Notes under the pieces: generated by a model | Databases searched by the model: none | What the model was told of the DNA's origin: nothing | Seen by the model: only the letters and a program-made list of their open reading frames with translations | Program-made: the position numbers and the translations under genes | Shown here: piece after piece, positions 13,664 to 26,700 of the stretch | Layout of the letters: each line of letters begins with the position of its first letter | How positions within the stretch are numbered: the first letter of the stretch is position 1 | From: Mobula hypostoma | Taxonomy: Eukaryota | Assembly: GCF_963921235.1 (NCBI RefSeq) | Contig: NC_086119.1 | Location: 51,584,001 to 51,648,000, forward strand | Direction: 5' to 3' | DNA: 64,000 nucleotides

Positions 13664-13701
13664 TCAGCAAGTTTCCACCGCCAGCAGGATAACTGAAAGG
13701 G

Positions 13702-15809
13702 GATAACCAGCAGTGGGATTACTAGGAGTTTGAATACCAGCAGCGGGATTACCAGGAGTGTGATAACCAGTAGCGGGATTACTAGGAGTGTGGTAACCGG
13801 CAGTGGGATTACTAGAAGGTGATAACCGGCAGTGGGATTACTAGAAGGTGGTAACCAGCAGCGAGATTACTAGGAGTGTTTTAACCAGTAGTGGGATTAC
13901 TAGGAGTGTGATAACCAGCAGTGGGATTACTAGAAGGTGATAAACAGCAGCGGGATTACTAGGAGTTGGTAACCAGCAGCGGGATTACTAGCAGGTGGTA
14001 ACCAGCAGCGGGATCACTAGGAGTGTGATAACCAGCAGCGGGATTACTAGAAGGTGATAACCAGCAGTGGGATTACTAGGAGTGTGGTAACCATCAGTGG
14101 GATTACTAGGAGGTGGTAACCAGCAGTGGGATTACTAGGACGTGTTAAGCAGCAGTGGGTTTACTAGGACGTGTTAAGCAGCAGTGGGATTACTAGGAGT
14201 GTGATAACCAGCAGCGGGATTACTAGCAGGTGATAACCAGCAGCGCAATTACTAGGAGTGTGATAACCAGCAGTGGGATTACTAGCATGTGATAACCAGC
14301 AGTGGGATTACTAGGAGTGTGACAACCAGCAGTAGGATTACTAGGAGGTAATAACCAGCAGCCGGATAACTAGAAGTGTGATAACCAGCAGCGGGATTAC
14401 TAGAAGGTGATAACCAGCAGCGGGATCACTAGGAGTTGGTAACCAGCAGCGGGATTACTAGGAGTGTGATAACCAGCAGTGGGATTACTAGAAGGTGATA
14501 ACCGGCAGTGGGATTACTAGGAGGTGGTAACCGGCAGTGGGATTACTAGGAGTGTGGTAACCATCAGTGGGATTACTAGGGGGTGGTAACCAGCAGTGGG
14601 ATTACTAGAAGATGATGCAAGGTGATAGGTTGGGTAAGTGGGCAAATTCATGGCAGATGCAATTTAATGTGGATAAATGTGAGGTTATCCACTTTGGTGG
14701 CAAAAACAGGAAAACAGATTATTATCTGAATGGTGGCCGATTAGGAAAAGGGGAGGTGCAACGAGACCTGGGTGTCATTATACACCAGTCATTGAAAGTG
14801 GGCATGCAGGTACAGCAGGCGGTGAAAAAGGCGAATGGTATGCTGGCATTTATAGCGAGAGGATTCGAGTACAGGAGCAGGGAGGTACTACTGCAGTTGT
14901 ACAAGGCCTTGATGAGACCACACTTGGAGTATTGTGTGCAGTTTTGGCCCCCTAATCTGAGGAAAGACATCCTTGCCATAGAGGGAGTACAAAGAAGGTT
15001 CACCAGATTGATTCCTGGGATGGCAGGGCTTTCATATGAAGAAAGACTGGATGAACTAGGCTTATACTCGCTGGAATTTAGAAGATTGAGGGGGGATCTG
15101 ATTGAAACGTATAAAATCCTAAAGGGATTGGACAGGCTAGATGCAGGAAGATTGTTCCCGATGTTGGGGAAGTCCAGAACGAGGGGTCACAGTTTGAGGA
15201 TAAAGGGGAAGCCTTTTAGGACCGAGATTAGGAAAAACTTCTTCACACAGAGAGTGGTGAATCTGTGGAATTCTCTGCCACAGGAAACAGTTGAGGCCAG
15301 TTCATTGGCTATATTTAAGAGGGAGTTAGATTTGGCCCTTGTGACTAAAGGGATCAGGGGGTATGGAGGGAAGGCAGGTACAGGGTTCTGAGTTGGATGA
15401 TCAGCCATGATCGTACTGAATGGCGGTGCAGGCTCGAAGGGCCGAATGGCCTACTCCTGCACCTATTTTCTATGTTTCTATGATAACCAGCAGTGGGATT
15501 ACTAGGAGTGTGATAACCAGCAGCGCGATTACTAGGAGGTAATAACCAGCAGTAGGATTACTAGCAGTGTGATAACCAGCAGTGGGATCACTAGGAGGTG
15601 GTAACCAGCAGTAGGATTACTAGGAGTATGATAACCAGCAGTGGGATTACTAGAAGGTGGTAACCAGCAGTGGGATTACTAGGAGTTTGGTAACCAGCAG
15701 TGGGATTACTAGGAGGTGGTAACCAGCAGTGGGATTACTAGGAGTGTGATAACCAGCAGTGGAATTACTAGGAGTGTGGTAACCAGCAGTGGGATTACTA
15801 GGAGGTGAT
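13702..15809 (+). repeat. ~29-31-bp minisatellite in two blocks (13702-14611 and 15481-15809) split by a CR1 insertion
   Basis: Unit approx. GATAACCAGCAGTGGGATTACTAGGAGTGT on both sides of the LINE. Confidence 0.97.
14612..15480 (+). mobile_element. 5'-truncated CR1 LINE (ORF2 C-terminus + 3' UTR), young
   Basis: Uninterrupted 259-aa ORF with WQMQFNVDKC, RPHLEYCVQFW, RGDLIETYK and FFTQRVVNLWN; typical TTCTATGTTTCTA tail. Confidence 0.95.
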
Positions 15810-15999
15810 GCAAATTGGCAAAATAATCAGAGCTGATATGAAGAAACATTTTTGCAGAGTTGTACAGATATTTGGAAATATATAGCCTAAAAGATTAAAT
15901 CAAAAAAGATTTGCATACTTATCTGAAGGAAAATTGCTGACAAACTGTGTACACATGGTTGTGTAGCACTAGAGATGGGTCTTCAGTTATTTGAAAGGA

Positions 16000-17260
16000 G
16001 ACACAAAATTGGAGCAGTGATTTTAAATCAAGACATAGTTAAATCTTATGCCAGTAATATTGCTTGTGGATATTTACAAATATACACGTGTAACGCTCAG
16101 TTTCGGTTAGCGGCGTTAATCTAGGGGAAGACAGCCTCCACCCTGGCCAAATTTGAGAAGTGTTGTTTGTGTGGATGCTGTGTGATGTGTTCCCCTGTTT
16201 CAAATCAGTACCATGAAATAACAAACAGTACACAATATGCAATTAAACAATTAAACTATATAATTCTTATCTTGACTAGAGGGTTAGAAAAGAAACAAAA
16301 CACAAAAAGGGCCCATCCTCATGAAACAGTCTAATCTGCAACATTGGAGCTCAAGGTTTTCCTGTCCGTTCGTTCACCATCGATTTCCCCCGTGCTTCGT
16401 CAACTCCTGACCCCATCCCACGTCCACTCAGTCCTGCAGTCTATGACTTCCCCGTTCTGGTATCTTCTCTCTCCATCTTCCGCTAAACAAAAGCCCGCGA
16501 ATACCTTCTCTCAGACACACAAGAAAGAAATGACACACCTCTCAATGGATGGCAGACATTCCAAAGCCCCCGTTAACTCTAGTCATAGCTCAAACACTGC
16601 TGCGACAGAGAAACCATTACATTAGCAGTGAAACCTTACAGAGCGCTACACACAGATGCATCAAAAATGGAAATAGTGGGTTAGGGGTAGGATTGTTTGT
16701 GCCTGAATTTAATAATGTATATAGGTGAATTGACAGCTGGACTATTAGCTTTGCCGTGGGTAGAAGATGTGAGATCAATCGCAAGGATTGAGACAAGATC
16801 AAACATTATTGGTGAGATAACACATACCTTATTTAGAATTAAAATGAGGGGACTCTGAATAGGTTTTATGTGGATTCCAGCACATGTTGGTGTTAGCAGG
16901 AACGAGCAAGCGGATAAATTAGCAAAGGAGGCAACCAAACGAGATGTGGACATTCGAATAAATTACAGTAAAGGAGAAATGAAAACATTATTGAAAGTGA
17001 AATCAAAATAATGTGGACAAAGCACAGTGGGGTGAAGAGAAAAGAGGAAGACTTCTTTATAACATCTGGAAAAAGTCGAGGAATGCAGGAGGGAGGGTTC
17101 CTGAATAAACACAATGAAAGGTATGAGCACTGCAATCAACAAGAAACCCTTCAGCATGTACTGGCGAGATAGATGTTCACGAAATAATCAAGAGGATGGT
17201 TGATTTAAAGGTTATCATGGAATAAAACACGATTGAACATTAACAATGTTTTCGCAGAAA
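16000..17260 (+). mobile_element. Degenerate RNase H-containing non-LTR element (I/Nimb-like), interrupted by the solo LTR
   Basis: QIYT|DASK rejoined across the LTR; ELTAGLLAL; FMWIPAHVGVSRNEQADKLAKEA at ~16865-16933. Confidence 0.8.
16089..16650. mobile_element. Solo LTR
   Basis: Termini TGTAACGCTC...GAGCGCTACA (9/10 inverted match); 4-bp TSD CACG/CACA; interrupts an RNase H coding sequence. Confidence 0.8.
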
Positions 17261-17909
17261 GAGTTATTGCTTTAAAATATATATCAGAATCAGGTTTATT
17301 ATCACCGGCATGTGACGTGAAAATGTTAATTAAACAGCAGCAGTTCAATGCAATACATAATCTCGCAGAGAGAGAGAAAGATAACAACTATAATAGAGAC
17401 ATAATAAATAAACAAGTAAATCAATTACGTATATTGAATAGATTTTTTAAAAATGTGCAAAAACAGAAATACTGTCTATTAAAAAAGTGAGGTAGTGTTC
17501 ATGGGTTCAATGTCCATTTAGGAATTGGATGACAGAGGGGAAGAAGCTGTTCCTGAATCACTGAGTGTGTGTCTTCAGGCTTCTGTACCTCCTTCCTGAT
17601 GGTAACAGTGAGAAAAGGGCATGCCCTGGGTGCTGGAGGTCCCGAGAAATGGATGTTCCCTTTCTGACTGACTAGATAGAGTGGCTCCTTACCAATATCC
17701 TGACCCACACTCCAGTGCAGAAGGTGTCGGTAATGAACGTTAAAGCTGTTTGCCAACAGCCATGAAACCTCAGAAGAAAGAGAAGACGAAGAAACTGTGG
17801 ACAAATCTGAAAGTTGGTGCAAAAAGCCACACAAACCATCCACCTTCTCCCAGTCCGAGCCGATCTCATCTGATTATGGTAACTGTCGCAAAGGGCTCCC
17901 AGACGTTAA

Positions 17910-18595
17910 CCGGCAGTGTGTCAGGGACTGTCGTGAAGCGGGCGGAAGCCGGCAGTGTGTCAGGGACTGTCGTGAAGCGGGAGGAAGCCGGCAGTGTGTC
18001 AGGGACTGTCGTGAAGCGGGCCGGAAGCCGGCAGTGTGTCAGGGACTGTCGTGAAGCGGGCCGGAAGCCGGCAGTGTGTCAGGGACTGTCGTGAAGCGGG
18101 GCGGAAGCCGGCAGTGTGTCAGGGACTGTCGTGAAGCGGGCCGGAAGCCGGCAGTGTGTCAGGGACTGTCGTGAAGCGGGCCGGAAGCCGGCAGTGTGTC
18201 AGGGACTGTCGTGAAGCGGGCCGGAAGCCGGCAGTGTGTCAGGGACTGTCGTGAAGCGGGCCGGAAGCCGGCAGTGTGTCAGGGACTGTCGTGAAGCGGG
18301 CCGGAAGCCGGCAGTGTGTCAGGGACTGTCGTGAAGCGGGGCGGAAGCCGGCAGTGTGTCAGGGACTGTCGTGAAGCGGGCCGGAAGCCGGCAGTGTGTC
18401 AGGGACTGTCGTGAAGCGGGCCGGAAGCCGGCAGTGTGTCAGGGACTGTCGTGAAGCGGGCCGGAAGCCGGCAGTGTGTCAGGGACTGTCGTGAAGCGGG
18501 GCGGAAGCCGGCAGTGTGTCAGGGACTGTCGTGAAGCGGGCCGGAAGCCGGCAGTGTGTCAGGGACTGTCGTGAAGCGGGCCGGAAGCCGGCAGT
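17910..18595 (+). repeat. 40-bp minisatellite, 17 full copies, in the ZZEF1 promoter/5' region
   Basis: Unit CCGGCAGTGTGTCAGGGACTGTCGTGAAGCGGGCCGGAAG; the first two units are 39 bp; ends about 80 bp before the ATG. Confidence 0.98.
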
Positions 18596-18674
18596 ACTGC
18601 AGGGAACCGGTTGGTGACCGGAGGCAGCGACTCCAGGAAAGTTCCGGGACGGTAATCGGAGCGGCCGGGCCGGG

Positions 18675-19079
18675 ATGGGCAACGTCGACAGCGCCAGGGC
18701 CGAGCAGCCGGACTGTGCTGAGCAGGAGGAGGAGGACGAGGAGGACGAACTGGGCCCTGACACCGAGCCAGGCCCCGGCAAGGCTGGCTTCCCGGGCTCG
18801 GCGCTGGGGGCGGCCGGTGGCTCGGACACCGGGGACGGAGGCTCCGGCTCGGCGCCGGCCTTGAGCCTGAACTGCGGGCCCAGCCCCGATGTCCTGTTCC
18901 AGCATCAGCGGCTGCGGGAGGCGGCGGCCAAGGTGCGGGACGAGGTGGAGGAGAACGTGGTGCAGCAGCATCACAGCCACCTGATCCGCTGGCTGGAAGA
19001 GCGGCTGGCCCGCGGCGAGGAGACCATCCGCCTGGCTCAGTTCTGTGACCTGCTGGCCATCAAAGAGGAATGCGAGGAG
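18675..19079 (+). CDS. ZZEF1: ZZEF1 coding exon 1
   Basis: MGNVDS...RLREAAAK...HLIRWLEERLARGEETIRLAQFCDLL...EE matches the ZZEF1 N-terminus as recalled. Strong Kozak context GGGATGG; donor GAG|GTGAGG; 405 nt, phase 0. Confidence 0.95.
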
Positions 19080-22000
19080 GTGAGGACGGGCACCGGGCAC
19101 CGGGCAGAGTCCGTAGGTTGGGGCTGGGTGCGGGCCGCCACAGGTTGGTTTGACGATTGGGAGGGGATTCAAGAAACACAGTTGGTTCCAAACATACGTT
19201 TTACTTCCAATCTCCCGGCAATTAGAAGCTCACTGTGAAAACTAGAGGAGTTATCAATTTGTACTCTACCTGCTGGAATGATAATAACGCCGTTTCAACC
19301 AGGTAACTAAGAGTAAAATGCACATGACGTTTTTGGGAATCTGGACAGTGCTGGTTTCCTGCAATAATGCAGCAGTAAGCCTTACCAAGTTCCCAACCTT
19401 TGCCCTGCTGAGTACGAGTCAGTCTCTGATGGTATCATTAATGGAAACTAGGTTGTTTTGTGGGCTGGCCTTAATGAAGTCTTGTTTACCAGGCTGCAGA
19501 TACAGTAATGCTGCTGAGGGAATACATAAGCAGTTGTGTTGTTGGACTGTACTGGAAGAACCAAAGTCTGATATTTCTTAAAAACACAAAGCTGTGCTGA
19601 ACTTGAAATTACCTAGGCTTACCCATAGCCCTTTATTTTTCTAAGCTCCATGGCCCTATCCAGGAGTCTCTTAAAAGACTCTGTCGTTTCCACCTCACCA
19701 CTGTTGCTGGCAGCCCATTCCACACACTCACCACTCTCTGCGTAAAAAAACTTGCCCCTGACATCTCCTCTGTACCTACTTCAAAGCACCTTAAACCTGT
19801 GCCCTCTCGTGCTAGCCATTTCGTGTAAAGCATCTTTTAAAGACTGTGAATGAGTATTTCTGATTGTAACATGTATTTGGGACTCTGTGTCCCATCTGGT
19901 AATCGTGTTTGGTCACCTCTTCCATCATATGGATGTGTCTCATTTTGTTTGCCAGCAATATGGATGTCTTATTATACCAGAAGAGTGCAGCTCTAAATAT
20001 GTGCTGCTTTGGTGTAACAAGACATCTATTTAACTTGATAGAATGAAAGCCAAAACATGTTTTGCTTCTGTATTGTACAAGTCAAATTCTTAACAGCTAA
20101 TTAAAAAACAGTAAAGATACACAGCATCTAAAAAGCCAGGCAAAGTGAAGATGGTTTTGCAAAAGGAAAATCACATTTGACTGACGTATTGGAGAATTTG
20201 TGCTGTGGATAAAGAGGATATCTTGTGATTAGATTTCCTGAAGCCATTTGATAATGTAGCAAACAAGAGTGGAAAATTGTTTATTTTATTGGCTGGAATG
20301 CTGTAATGAGTTGTGTACCAGGGAATGGTGCTTAGGAATCTGTCAGCTTTCTATCATTTATACAAGTAATTTGGATTTCAGTTGTAGTTGCTAAATTTTC
20401 TGATGATGCAAGCATAAACAAAAAAGTAAGTTATGAAGAAGACCAGTAAAGGGAGGCTGCAGTGAAATATCGAGAGGGTATATAAGGCAAAGAACTAACA
20501 AATCAAGTATAATGTGGCAAAGTACGAAATTACCCCCTCTGGCAGGATAAATGTTTTCTAAATGAGAGACTGCAGAGGGACTGGGTCTCTTTGAACATGA
20601 TTTGCAAACGTCTGCAGTGAGGGTAGCACAGGAACGTGAGAAGTTAGTGGGACTATAGCGGGACGGTCGGCTCTGTAGATTATGCTCTCTAGTTGTCAAA
20701 GAAATGCAGAAATTGTACAACATGTGCAGTGTTGGGCTGATTGAAGGAAGATTGTTAATGTGTTCCAAGCACATCTGAGTGATACAGTTTTAAAAAACGT
20801 GGATAGGCTAAGCCTGTTTCGAAGAGTAAGAGGGGAAAGTTCAAGTTTTATCATCTGACTGGACATATGTACAACCGAACGAAACAATACCGTAATCCTC
20901 TAGACCATGGTACGCCCACACATCACGTATCACACACAGCACATAAAACAAGCTGTCACTAAAATCTAACTCAATGTGCATGTAGTGTACAGTACTGTAA
21001 AGAGTAAACAGCTCACTGACCTAGTGACAGGACCTCGGTGCTGGCAGGGTAGTCATTGATCTCACAGCCTGATGGAAGAGTTGTTACCTAGTCTGGCAGT
21101 CCTGGTCCTAATGCTCCTGTACCACCTTCCTGATGGTGCTGGGGGTCCTGAGCATGCTTTGGGCCCTCAGTCTGCAGCGTTCCCAGTAAATGTCACTAAT
21201 GGAGAGGAGAGAGAGATCCAGGTGATTCTCCTGGTGGTTTTTACTCTCCTCTGTAAGGTCCTGTGCTCCAATGTATTGCAGCATCCGTACCACACACTGG
21301 TAGAACCAGACAGGACACACTCAATGGCACTCTTGTATTTGATTGAAACAAAGGAGGTTGTATCAGGAAGGGTTGAGAGAATATTCTCCCTTGCGGAAGA
21401 ATATAAAACTAGTCACTTGCTTGAAAAAAGAACACAAATAAGTTGCCCCTTTAAAACACAAAAAGTTCTGTCATGGTTGGGGGAGCCTTTTCCTCAAAGT
21501 GCAGTAAAGGCAGAGTGTTTGAGTGATGGAGGGTAGGCAAGGGAGTGAAATTTGAGGTTGCAATCAGCCATTGCATTATTAACAGTCATGGGTTCAAAGT
21601 ATCGCTCTTGCTCCTACCTATAGGTTTGAATTTATAGTAAAGACATGCTTGTGTTTTGTTCTTTAATAGATCCATGGCGGGGGCGGGGGGGTGCAGTTCA
21701 TTACTCTTTGAGGAAGACAGTTCCAAAAACTTGCAGTGTTTGGGGGGGGGGGGAAGAGAAGAATCATCTCATTCCTATTTAAAAATTGGCACCCCTTATT
21801 TTTGCAGTGAGCTGTTCTAGTTTATGTAGAATAGTTAGTTCTGGGTTCTCCCACAGGATGTTACGGAGACTGAACGTGCAACAGAAACTTCTGAGTTTTA
21901 TGTAATCAGTTTTTGCCACTGATCTGAAAACCTTGTTGCAGTTTTGTTTCACACCCTACACATAAAAACTGACTGGCATCATAAGGGGTGGAAATGTTGG

Positions 22001-22631
22001 TGGGAGGCTGCAGTGGGGAAATAGAGAGCGGAGTTTGTGCGTTTGCAGCTACTGTGAGTTGGATGTTTGACGGAGAGGTGCTGAGGTCCTGGTCCGGCTC
22101 AGAGTGAACACACAGAAGTTGTACCAGCCTGTTGTGTCGTGCTTGTGGAGCTGAGCTCTGTTTTTAGGAACATCTTCCCGAATGCCATCAGATTTCTGAA
22201 CGGTCCGTGAACACTCCCTCGTTATTTATTTTTTGCACTATTTATTTATGAATAACTTGTGGTAATTGTTTTGTAGCTATTGCTGCAAAACAACAAATTT
22301 CCTGGCGTATCATATGTCAGTGATGAGATTTAAATATGTTTAGGTGAGTACTTCACCCTGTGAGACTGCATTAAAACTTGTCAATTCGGAAGGAAGACTT
22401 CTTTTAGTTGGTTTAATGCTGTGTGAATCAATGACTTACAGCGAGGTGTGTTTATATGCCTTTGATAGAAGACATTTTAGTCAAAAATAATTGACGTTAT
22501 TGGGTAACTTTGATCAGGCCTAATGTAGTTCATTACAATGCGAAAGATTCAGAATTTGATGGTCATTTGTGTTTACTGGTATTTGACCAGAAGCTAGAGT
22601 CATTGTGATAATGGTGAACTCCTGGAGTGAT

Positions 22632-22758
22632 CAGTTATCGATGGGCTCTGTATGAGATATCTCTTCACCAAGTGACATTTCCAGTGGGTTAACAGTTATT
22701 GATGGGCTCTGTATGAGATATCTCTTCACCAAGTGACATTTCCAGTGGGTTAACAGTT
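22632..22758 (+). repeat. 61-bp tandem duplication
   Basis: CAGTTAT(C/T)GATGGGCTCTG...CCAGTGGGTTAA twice, with one mismatch. Confidence 0.95.
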
Positions 22759-22994
22759 TTCCTCATGACTATTCATTAATGAGCTTCAACTGTCCTCTGA
22801 TCTGACACTTGACAGTTGAGGCCACTACACAAATTATTCTTGTAGATGATGGTGAAAATTAAAGAATTTTAAAGAAAATTAAAGTTTGTAAGAAATCAAA
22901 GTTTTATTGATCAGAGTCTGAGGTAGTTGAGAAGAACCAAGATCATTTGGGGAGAATACTAGAATGGCTAAGGCCTTTCTTTTGATCTGCGTGT

Positions 22995-23470
22995 CACCTG
23001 TTTCCAGGAGTGAAAGGGTTATCATATGAGGAACATTTGATGGCTCTGGGTCTGTACTGGCTGGAATTCAGAAGGATGGGGTGGGATCTCATTGAAACCT
23101 TTTGAATGTTGAAAGGCCTAGACAGAGTAGATGTGGAAAGGATGTTTCCTATGGTGGGAGAGTCTAGGACAAGAGGGCACAGTCTCAGGATAGAGGGGTG
23201 CCCTTTCAAAACAGAGATACAGAGAAATTTCTTTAGCCAGAGGGTGGTGAATTTGGGTAATTTGTTACCACAGGCAGCTGTGGAGACCGACTTATTGGGT
23301 GTATTTAAGGCAGAGATTGATAGGTTCTTGATTGGACATGGCATCAAAGGTTACGGGGAGAAGGCCGAGGAATGGAGTTGAGGAGTGGGGAAGGAAAGGA
23401 TCATCCATGGCTCAGCGGACTCAATGGGCCAAATGGCCTAATTCTGCTCCTATCTCTTATGGTCTTATCT
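22995..23470 (+). mobile_element. CR1 3' fragment
   Basis: MLKGLDRVDVERMFP..SRTRGHSL..FFSQRVVNL. Confidence 0.88.
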
Positions 23471-26199
23471 GTTACGCCTGCTTACTACGCCAATGTCCAC
23501 TCCAGGCCCTACTTCCTAATTTAATGAGATTGGCCCATCATCCTGTCATTAGGAAATCTCATTTAGTGCTGTACTCCATCTAGTCCAGTTTGTACGCGGG
23601 AGAAGTAAGGTGTGAAGCTGTCTGTGAGTTCTGGGAGGGAGGGGGCAGACTCTCTGCTGGACTTCTGAGACCAGGGGCATGATCTCTCAAAGCTCAGAAT
23701 GTGAATGAGGTTCATTACCACCGTCTTACATGAGGTGAAATTTTTTGTGTAACAACAGTACAATGCAAAGACACAAAATTACTATAAATTACTAGCTAAC
23801 TAGTGCAAACAAGAAGATCTGATGGCAGAGGGGAATGAGCGGTTTCCGAATTGTTGAGTGAGAGTCCTCAGGCTGCTGATGGCAAAAAGAAAAGGACACG
23901 TCACTGACGGTGTGGGTGCTTAATGAGTTGGAGAAAAAGGTGCGATCAAAAGCTTGTAGTTTTAAAAATCCCCAAAATATACAAGTTCTGTTTTTTCCCT
24001 CATTCAAGACGTGCCACTGTTGGGTGCTTAATTATTGTGTAATTCTGTCAGAAACACTGACCAGAAAGTTCCTGTACTTTAAGATGTTGCATCGATTGTA
24101 ACTTTAAATAACTTCGGTCTTGTAGAAATATTATATATATCGTGCCAAAATATTTGGCCAGTACTTAGCTGAAAAGTTCTACCAAGAAATCAAAAACTCT
24201 GGCGGTTTTTATACAATTTTTGTTAGTTTTCAATTTTTTGCTTGGGTAAGTCTGCATTGTCCAGCAAATGATTTTGTACGCAAATGAGCGTGGCGGATAC
24301 TCCCTTTGGAGATAAACCTTGCATGAACTCTTGTTGTAATAACACTGTGGTTCAATGTCACAATGTAAGAAATGACACTAACGTGAAGGGGTGGGTAGGG
24401 TCAGAATTTTGAACAATGCTTGCGGGCGAGGAAGGATTTGGTTCGTCCCATTGTGAAAGTAAATCTTTGTCCCTCAGTAGACTGGGTGGGCTGAAGTGAC
24501 ACTTCCTGCTCTGATCCGCCGCCTCTAACTCTTGATGCATTAGAAAAACCTCCAGCATGTTTCCTCTTGGAAATGGTCTCAGTGTCTTGAGTTTCTCCCG
24601 TGTGTAATCTTGCGTCTTGCTGGGATGGTACAGTGTAACGCTGCAGCTTTAGTACGTTCTCATTGATACATTATCTAAAACTGCCATAGCCTTGGCTTAT
24701 GTGTTGTTAATTGCTTAAGGTGTTTAAAGAAGTGTTTGTGAACTCTCTATCTCCCCCCCCAGCCCATCTCCGGGCTAGGATAGTTTGTTTTCTGATTGTT
24801 CCCATGAAGCTTCATTGCCATTGCACTGTTGACATTGACCCTGAGTTGGTAAACCAGCACCCAGTAACTAGCCAGTCCATTCTTGCAGTAAACCGTCTGT
24901 CAGGTACATTATTCATCTCCCAAAGATTATATTTTTTCCAGTACAACTTGTAGAGCAATGTAATGGGTGACAAATGACACACATTGTTCATAATAGAAAC
25001 TGTTCTGCATAATTCACAAACACTGTCATTAAGTTGTGATTACTTTAAGAGACAGTGTCTGACGTAACGACATCAGAGTAAGGTGACTGTTTTTGGTTTG
25101 TAACGCGAGTAAAGGGATGCGGCTTTTGTTCAACACATAAAATGGCTCTCGCGTATTTTATTCACAAAATCCTGCAAACTGATGCAGTTGTAAGTTCTCA
25201 ACACACTAAACCTGAATTATGAGTTTAAAGACTCAGATCTTCTTCTTTAAAGATAGTTTTTCTTGAACCAACGTTAGTAAAAAGATCTTTGATTTTCCAG
25301 TATGTCCTGTTATTTCTTCAGGTAAAATCTTGTATATTGCCTCTGAATAAGGGGGGAGTCTTTTTGGAATGGAGATGAGGAATTTCTTTATCCAGACGGT
25401 GGTGAATCTGTGGAATTCTTTGCCACAGGTAGCTGTGGAGGCCAAATCTTTATGTATATTTGAGGCAGAAGTTCATAGATTCTTGATTGGTCTGGGTTTG
25501 AAGGGCAGGAGATTGGGGCTGAGAGGGAAATTGGATCAGCCATGATGAAATGGTGGAGCAGACTCGATGGGCCAAATGGCCTGATCCTGTTCCTATATCT
25601 TATGTTCTTGTATCGTCTGCATGATTGTACGGTAATGCGGGTAGAGGGCCAATTCCTGTGTGTGCATCTGCTGTAACTACTTGTAATTATAACCATTTAA
25701 GGTTATAACATTGGTGTCTCAGTGAGACCTTTCACCACTGGCAGGTGAAGCTGATCTCTCTCCATCATTGGATATGAAATTTCGTGTCCTCCATTTGGCC
25801 AGCGGTTTCTGCGTGCAGTCCAGGGTTCAACTGTGGTTTTAGAACATAGAAATTTACAGCACGTTACAGGCCCTTCGGCCCACAATGTAGTGCCGACCAC
25901 GTAAGCTACATGGTTTTAAAGCACACCCTGTTGAGAGATCTGTGTCTGAGTGTCTCTGACTCACTCTGACAGGGGGAACAGGGACAGGCAAGAGCAAGAG
26001 TCCCACAACTTACATCAAGGATGATGGTTGAGCAATATAAGGGGCAAATATTTGGATCCTGGGAGTTTGAAACAGCAGCTGCAAGTCACAGGAGGACAAG
26101 TTTCAAACAGGGACGGGATCTTAAGGAAATGCAATGTAGAAACAAGGAGGGACCGTATAATCCATTTAAAAATATTTACTTTATCTGTAAAGTTAATGA

Positions 26200-26700
26200 C
26201 TAAGTCATCTGTACGATGGGAAATGTTGTATGTATGAAGCATTGTTTCATTGCTTCGTGCTGGCAAATGTGTTTTGAGTTTTTTCCATTTCTGAAAGTTT
26301 TCCCAAAGTGACGGAAAAGAAGCCAAGTTCTTGCTTGCTTTATCAGAATGTATTCTCTTCAAATGTTCAAGGAGCTTGGATGGCTTAATTGTCTCATTTG
26401 AAAGACGTTAAGTCCATATTTCAGCTACTTCACACTATACTGTCTGCATTTCATTTTTCGTTTGGTCTGCTTCTGCCATTCTCGTTATGGATTAATGACC
26501 ACATTGTTTACAACCTCAAGCACCGCGATCAATAAAGGGAGAAGTTACGATGTCATTATAGCTCAAAAACCTGACTCTCTGACTCGACTACATAAAGTGG
26601 GGCAGTGATATCTGTTGGGCCGGGGGCTAGAGAAATGCGGTCAAGACCTTTTGAAAGGGCGGATTCTGAACGATACCCCATTGAGCGCCATACCCTAGTT
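26200..26700 (-). mobile_element. hAT transposase N-terminal remnant
   Basis: NETIKPSKLLEHLKRIHSDKASKNL, a BED-finger-type 'KPS.L..HL...H' motif; boundaries approximate. Confidence 0.6.

Larger units (their letters stand above)
17900..19150. promoter_or_regulatory. CpG island of the ZZEF1 promoter and exon 1
   Basis: Very high GC and CpG density; repeated CCGGAAG and GGGCGG motifs. Confidence 0.75.

Noticed and set aside
13213-13696. Repetitive ORFs (TRPDLQTMSV / DIVCRSGRVT)n on both strands
   Set aside because: By-product of a 30-bp unit that is stop-free in those frames; no splice context or domain
13702-18595. Regular repeats resembling CRISPR arrays
   Set aside because: Head-to-tail units without unique spacers, no cas genes, eukaryotic context
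18479-19172. Antisense ORFs of 217 and 116 aa over ZZEF1 exon 1
   Set aside because: Shadow ORFs from high GC content and the minisatellite
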